Positions 22,764 to 24,320 of a DNA stretch of 24,320 nucleotides are shown one piece after another. The notes below the pieces were generated by a model that was not told the DNA's origin, did no database searches, and worked only from the letters and a program-made list of their open reading frames with translations. Source of the DNA: a virus; the IMG/VR virus record IMGVR_UViG_3300021387_000761, positions 1 through 24,320 of that record, one strand, 5' to 3'. Numbering within the stretch: position 1 is the stretch's first letter; each line of letters opens with the position of its first letter. The position numbers and the translations under genes were made by a program.

Positions 22764-23936
22764 ATGGGCCTTTTTGAGAAGATCTTCGGCAGGGACACGG
22801 CCCCACCCCGGCGCGAGGAAACGACCTTCAAGCTGCTGAGCGGCTACAAGCCGGTTTTTAGAACGTGGGGCGGCGAACTGTACGAGGAGGAGCTGGTCCG
22901 GGCGGCGATCGACGCCAACGCCAGGAACACGGCGAAGCTGCGGATCATCATCCAGGGCGAGGCGAAGCCGAAGCTGCAGACGCAGCTGAGGAAGAGGCCG
23001 AACAGCTTCATGACCTGGTACCAGTTCCTGTACCGGCTGCGGACGATCTGGGAGATGCAGAACACAGCCATCATCGTGCCGGTTATAAACGAGACCGGCG
23101 AGACGGTCGGCATTTTCCCCGTCTACTACACCCACATCGAGGTCGTGGCGTACCGGGGAGAACCCTGGCTGCGGATGAAGTTCCACAACGGAGACGTGGC
23201 AGCCGTGGAGCTGGCCAAGGTCGGGATCATGACAAAGTTCCAGTACCGGAACGACCTGTTCGGCGAGTCGAACAAAGCGCTGCATCCGACGATGGAACTG
23301 ATTGACATTCAGAACCAGGGCATCCGGGAAGGAGTCAAGACGGCGGCCTCGTATCAGTTCATGGCCACCCTGTCGAACTTCGCCAACGACGAAGACATCG
23401 CCAAGGAGCGGAAGCGCTTCACCGAGCAGAACCTGCAAGCCAAGGACGCCAGCGGCGTGCTGCTGTGGCCGAATACGTACAAGGACATCAAGCAGATCGA
23501 GTCGAAGCCCTTCGTGGTAGACGCGGACCAGATGATGCTGATCCGGACCAACGTCTTCGACTACTTCGGGACGAACGAGGACGTGCTGCAGAACAAGGCC
23601 TACGGCGACGCCTGGGCGGCGTTCTATGAGGGCAGCATCGAGCCCTTCGCCATCCAGCTGTCCGAAGTCCTGACCAACATGCTGTTCACACCGGCGGAAC
23701 AGGGACACGGCGCCCTGCTCATGGCGACGGCCAACCGGCTGCAGTATATGACAAACAAAGACAAGGCCGAAGTCACGGCGACCTTCGCGGACCGTGGCAT
23801 GGCCACCATCGACGAGCTGCGCGAGATCTGGAACATGGCACCACTTCCGAACGGCCTTGGCGAGACCATCCCGGTGCGCGGCGAATATTACGATCTGAGA
23901 ACGAACGGAGAGGAGGGCATCGTAAATGCCGAATAA
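22764..23936 (+). CDS. Portal protein (HK97 family)
   Basis: 390 aa between TerL and the protease. SD AGGGAGG. Size and order are typical. Confidence 0.85.
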   Translation: MGLFEKIFGRDTAPPRREETTFKLLSGYKPVFRTWGGELYEEELVRAAIDANARNTAKLRIIIQGEAKPKLQTQLRKRPNSFMTWYQFLYRLRTIWEMQNTAIIVPVINETGETVGIFPVYYTHIEVVAYRGEPWLRMKFHNGDVAAVELAKVGIMTKFQYRNDLFGESNKALHPTMELIDIQNQGIREGVKTAASYQFMATLSNFANDEDIAKERKRFTEQNLQAKDASGVLLWPNTYKDIKQIESKPFVVDADQMMLIRTNVFDYFGTNEDVLQNKAYGDAWAAFYEGSIEPFAIQLSEVLTNMLFTPAEQGHGALLMATANRLQYMTNKDKAEVTATFADRGMATIDELREIWNMAPLPNGLGETIPVRGEYYDLRTNGEEGIVNAE

Positions 23937-24320
23937 AGACATCAGCGCCCTGCTGGAAGAAAAACTGACCCAGGGCCGCGAGTTCCGGGACATGGAGATC
24001 CGCGCCCTGGAAGACGAACAGAACGACGAGATGATCGTGGAAGGCTACGCGACGACCTTCAACCAGACATACGAGCTGTGGAGCGAGCCCGGCTACAAAG
24101 TCCTGGAACAGGTGGACGCAAGAGCCTTCGACGGATGCGACATGACCGACGTCATCATGCAGTACGACCACGAGGGCCGCGTTTTTGCCCGTATGAGCAA
24201 CGGCACCCTGGTCTGCACGCCGGACGAACACGGCCTCAAGGTCCGCGCACTGCTGGGCGGCACCGAACTGGGCCGGCAGCTGTACCAGGAGATCTCCGGA
24301 GGCTACACCACGAAGATGAG
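23926..24320 (+). CDS. Prohead serine protease, N-terminal part (open to the window end; continues at 1-378)
   Basis: ATG at 23926 follows GGAGAGGAGG and overlaps the portal stop. MPNKDISALLEEK...IVEGYATTFNQ...MQYDHEG. No stop codon before 24320, and the frame joins base 1 in phase. Confidence 0.8.
   Translation, partial: MPNKDISALLEEKLTQGREFRDMEIRALEDEQNDEMIVEGYATTFNQTYELWSEPGYKVLEQVDARAFDGCDMTDVIMQYDHEGRVFARMSNGTLVCTPDEHGLKVRALLGGTELGRQLYQEISGGYTTKM
24214..24320. repeat. Right copy of exact 107-bp terminal duplication (identical to 1-107)
   Basis: Identical to bases 1-107. Confidence 0.95.

Larger units (their letters stand above)
1..24213 (+). mobile_element. Complete genome unit of a small siphovirus-type tailed phage (HK97-like head, HNH plus terminase packaging module)
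   Basis: Exact 107-bp duplication of the window start at the window end defines a 24,213-bp circular unit. It holds full packaging, head, tail, lysis, recombination, replication and late-regulator modules in canonical order, all on one strand. Confidence 0.8.

Noticed and set aside
22329-23993. 554-aa minus-strand ORF opposite the TerL end and the portal gene
   Set aside because: It is antisense to two conserved packaging genes. Its composition-driven open frame has no SD or motif support.
1-24320. Searched for CRISPR-like arrays, tRNA or rRNA genes, reverse transcriptase with template/variable repeat pairs (DGR), toxin-antitoxin pairs and transposase/IS ends
   Set aside because: I saw no regularly spaced direct repeats, cloverleaf-capable segments, RT motifs (YxDD) or inverted terminal repeats. 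The only sizeable exact repeat is the 107-bp end duplication.

Overview
The window is one complete, circularly closed genome unit (24,213 bp) of a small siphovirus-type tailed phage, plus a 107-bp overlap: bases 24214-24320 repeat bases 1-107 exactly. The linearisation point falls inside the prohead protease gene. All credible genes (about 44) are on the + strand. Nearly all have GGAGG-type Shine-Dalgarno sites, and many are coupled by ATGA or TAATG overlaps. The long antisense and alternate-frame ORFs in the track are high-GC artefacts. Gene order: prohead protease, HK97-fold major capsid, 56-aa ORF, four head-tail joining genes, major tail protein, tail chaperone pair with an A9 slippery run, tape measure, minimal Dit-like protein, tail-tip protein with a glycine-rich C-terminal domain, lower-GC tail fibre, orphan ORF, holin, CHAP+SLH endolysin. 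A 300-bp AT-rich control region follows, with a perfect TTGACA/TATAAT promoter and a structured leader. The early region has many tiny Cys-rich or Zn-ribbon ORFs, an XRE-like HTH protein and a DUF3846-like protein. Next comes a recombination module (unknown Zn-ribbon protein, Cas4-like PD-(D/E)XK nuclease, SSB, ERCC4-like nuclease). The replication module has a replisome organiser with internal iteron-like repeats and a G39P-like loader, but no helicase, primase or polymerase. The remaining genes are DUF4406, a sigma region-4-like late regulator, HNH endonuclease, a ParB-like/DNA methyltransferase fusion, TerS, TerL and portal. I found no integrase, repressor, tRNA, CRISPR array or reverse transcriptase. 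Composition, strong SD sites and the SLH endolysin suggest a high-GC Firmicutes (Clostridia-type) host; this is inference only. The most interesting items are the promoter/dual-hairpin leader that sequesters the first early RBS, the 11-bp-phased GGACA[T/C] repeats plus A-rich tract inside the replication gene (candidate ori), the swarm of Zn-ribbon mini-proteins, and a G8 tract between the two domains of the methyltransferase fusion. All family names come from motif recognition by eye and no database search was run.
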